The position numbers and the translations under genes are program-made. From contig CM000431.1 of the NCBI GenBank assembly GCA_000165345.1, forward strand, positions 224,001 to 288,000: 64,000 nucleotides of DNA. Direction: 5' to 3'. Positions 61,237-64,000 of this stretch are shown here, piece after piece. Position 1 is the stretch's first letter, and every line of letters begins with the position of its first letter. A model generated the notes under the pieces. That model made no database searches. It had not been told where the DNA came from and was given only the letters and a program-made list of their open reading frames with translations.

Positions 61237-61506
61237 TGCATGCATTAGTACCGGCATCAAACAATTCTAATTACATGTAAAAGAATTTGAAAAATTAATT
61301 AAATTTTTAACAAAATTTTATACTTTTATAAACCAAAGTTATTTTAAATTTCTTGGTTGACTTAGTTATACTTTGAAGAAGAATATATACATAAATACAT
61401 TTATCTATTCTTTAAACAATTTTTTATTATTATTTTTTCTCAAAGTAGTTTTGACAACTAATACTGATTAGGTATAAGAAAATTTTATTGCAGGGACATG
61501 CATGCA
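61237..61506. promoter_or_regulatory. Two TGCATGCA sites in the divergent promoter upstream of CDPK1
   Basis: TGCATGCA occurs at 61237-61244 and 61499-61506, between the starts at 60686 (minus) and 61974 (plus). Confidence 0.4.
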
Positions 61507-61973
61507 ACTCTTACTACTGCAATTAATTTTCTGAAATTTCAATTGAATACCAGTCGACGTTTTCCACTAAATTCTACACAAAATCACAGAATTTAAAAAG
61601 GAATGTTAATTCAGTTAAAATGAATATATTTAAGAATATCAGATTCTACTTTAAGATGATATTAAATTAAAAAATCACATTTAAAGAAGATTATCCAGTA
61701 TAGATATTTTATTTGATTCAATCTTGCAATATACATTGTATGTATCGTATACATATACTTTAAGTATTCAGTGTACATATATAGAATAGACATAATACGG
61801 AAATCAAAATAACAGTAACATTTAATTAAAATATGACAGATAACTGGAGTCGTAATAATAGTGTAAATTCGAGGGAGAAACAATTACAAAGTATTTTTCA
61901 GATTAACCTCACTGAATTAAAAAATTTTAGTTCAGGAATAATCCAAACAACTCACAATTAAGGCTTGTTATAA

Positions 61974-63590
61974 ATGGGAAATACTGCAGTAGGGAATACA
62001 GGAACAAGGCTTAGAGCACCAGTAGATGCCGTAGTAAACACTACTAATAAGAAAGCACCTGTAAGTGAAAAGCCATCTCAACCACAAATACCAAACAAAA
62101 CTTCTGATGTTAAAAAGGGAGGAACTATGGGAGGAGAGAGAGGAAGTGTAACAACTGGTATGTTTGTTCAGAGTGGTAGCGGGACCTTTGCAGAAAGGTA
62201 CAATATTGTATGTATGCTTGGCAAAGGTTCTTTTGGAGAAGTTTTGAAATGTAAAGACAGAATCACTCAACAAGAATATGCTGTCAAGGTTATTAACAAA
62301 GCTAGTGCAAAGAACAAGGATACTAGTACAATTTTGAGAGAAGTTGAGCTTTTAAAGAAGCTTGATCATCCAAATATTATGAAGCTATTCGAGATTTTGG
62401 AAGATTCATCTAGCTTCTACATTGTAGGAGAGCTTTACACAGGAGGAGAACTCTTTGATGAAATTATTAAGAGAAAAAGATTTAGTGAGCATGATGCTGC
62501 TAGAATTATTAAACAAGTATTTTCAGGAATTACTTACATGCATAAACATAACATTGTACATAGAGATTTAAAGCCAGAAAACATACTTTTAGAGTCTAAA
62601 GAAAAAGACTGTGATATTAAAATTATAGATTTTGGATTATCAACATGCTTCCAGCAAAATACCAAGATGAAGGATAGAATAGGAACAGCCTACTATATAG
62701 CTCCAGAAGTTTTGAGAGGTACTTATGATGAGAAATGTGATGTATGGTCAGCTGGAGTAATTCTATATATTCTCTTATCTGGAACACCTCCATTCTATGG
62801 AAAAAATGAATATGATATTTTGAAGAGAGTCGAGACAGGAAAGTATGCTTTTGACCTTCCACAATGGAGAACTATTTCTGATGATGCCAAGGATTTAATA
62901 AGAAAGATGTTAACTTTCCATCCTTCTTTGAGAATTACTGCAACACAATGTTTAGAACATCCATGGATTCAAAAATATTCAAGTGAGACTCCAACAATTA
63001 GTGACTTACCTTCATTAGAATCTGCTATGACAAATATTCGTCAATTCCAAGCAGAAAAGAAACTTGCTCAAGCAGCTCTACTATATATGGCAAGTAAATT
63101 GACAACATTGGACGAAACAAAGCAACTTACAGAGATCTTTAGGAAGTTAGATACTAATAATGATGGTATGTTAGATAGAGATGAGCTCGTTCGTGGTTAT
63201 CATGAATTTATGAGATTGAAAGGAGTAGATTCTAATTCTTTAATTCAGAATGAAGGATCAACAATAGAGGATCAAATTGATAGCTTAATGCCATTGTTAG
63301 ATATGGATGGATCGGGTTCTATAGAATATTCAGAATTTATTGCATCTGCAATAGATAGAACAATTTTGTTGAGTAGAGAAAGAATGGAAAGAGCTTTTAA
63401 AATGTTTGATAAAGATGGTTCTGGTAAGATTTCTACAAAGGAACTTTTTAAACTCTTTTCCCAGGCAGATAGCAGTATTCAGATGGAGGAGTTGGAATCA
63501 ATAATTGAACAAGTTGACAACAATAAGGATGGGGAAGTAGACTTTAATGAGTTTGTAGAAATGCTTCAGAATTTTGTCAGGAATGAATAA
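61974..63590 (+). CDS. CDPK1: Calcium-dependent protein kinase 1 (CDPK)
   Basis: 538-aa ORF starting with MG. Kinase motifs are [26 protein letters not shown] and APE. A junction region follows, then 4 EF hands ([48 protein letters not shown]). It matches the C. parvum CDPK1 sequence as I remember it. Confidence 0.97.
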   Translation: MGNTAVGNTGTRLRAPVDAVVNTTNKKAPVSEKPSQPQIPNKTSDVKKGGTMGGERGSVTTGMFVQSGSGTFAERYNIVCMLGKGSFGEVLKCKDRITQQEYAVKVINKASAKNKDTSTILREVELLKKLDHPNIMKLFEILEDSSSFYIVGELYTGGELFDEIIKRKRFSEHDAARIIKQVFSGITYMHKHNIVHRDLKPENILLESKEKDCDIKIIDFGLSTCFQQNTKMKDRIGTAYYIAPEVLRGTYDEKCDVWSAGVILYILLSGTPPFYGKNEYDILKRVETGKYAFDLPQWRTISDDAKDLIRKMLTFHPSLRITATQCLEHPWIQKYSSETPTISDLPSLESAMTNIRQFQAEKKLAQAALLYMASKLTTLDETKQLTEIFRKLDTNNDGMLDRDELVRGYHEFMRLKGVDSNSLIQNEGSTIEDQIDSLMPLLDMDGSGSIEYSEFIASAIDRTILLSRERMERAFKMFDKDGSGKISTKELFKLFSQADSSIQMEELESIIEQVDNNKDGEVDFNEFVEMLQNFVRNE

Positions 63591-64000
63591 TAATAATAAT
63601 AGAATTGAAATATATAGAGTTCACTACTATTTGAGAGTAGGCCGAGTTCTAAATTATTGTTATTTTCAATAGGGAGGCAATAGTCTTGTTAAGCATACAA
63701 TAGAAAGTAATAGGGGAAAAATAGGAGGAAAGTACGAAATAATTATTGAAAGCTGTAACTGACATAATTTCTTTTTTTTTTTTTTTTGAATAATTCAGTC
63801 GTACCCCTATAATATTGGTTCGAGTAAAATCCAAGGGGTTAATATATGATTTAGAAGTTCCACTATTGTACTAGAATGCAAATTAACAATCAAATAATAA
63901 CATATATCAATACAAAATAGTGTTCTTGGATTTTTTTTTGGGAGAGAACTCCCCCTTTTTTACTGATTACAGGGATATTCTTTATTATTGCATAGGTTCT

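Overview
This is AT-rich, gene-dense, intron-poor eukaryotic nuclear DNA, not prokaryotic. The 538-aa kinase at 61974-63590 matches Cryptosporidium parvum CDPK1 from memory, and the housekeeping genes fit an apicomplexan. I therefore read this as a C. parvum/hominis-type chromosome segment, but I cannot verify that without a search. I found no rRNA, CRISPR array or mobile element.

Bases 1-29157 are the 3' part of one uninterrupted ORF of 9,718 codons that runs off the left edge. It contains at least 14 tandem modules of about 610-670 aa. Each module has a 4-Cys A domain with an invariant SPQCGPYCSTYPKGYFAFWL core, a poly-Thr spacer, a roughly 370-aa Cys-rich C domain, and a Pro-rich junction. 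Spacer length ranges from 5 codons to a 360-codon Thr tract at 14233-15312. The A domains and junctions are nearly identical at DNA level between the central modules, while the C domains have diverged. I recognise neither domain as a known family, which makes this gene the main candidate for new biology.

The remaining 35 kb holds 21 more protein genes:
- Confident calls: BEM46-like hydrolase, NHP2, Ulp1-type protease, RRP40 (5 exons), POP4/Rpp29, RPL35, BAF60/SWIB, ARF1, PPCDC (2 exons), TRM7/FTSJ1 and CDPK1.
- Tentative call: a SUMO-like-domain protein.
- Several unassigned proteins.

There is also one tRNA-Glu(UUC). Directly behind it lies a GC-rich, strongly structured candidate small RNA of about 118 nt that ends in a T7 run and that I cannot place in a family.

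Intergenic regions are heavily enriched for GGCGCC/TTCCCGCC(AAT) (E2F-like) and TGCATGCA (ApiAP2-like) motifs. The TGCATGCA motifs also sit in convergent 3'-3' gaps.

All product calls rest on motif recognition by eye. No searches, folding programs or alignments were run.
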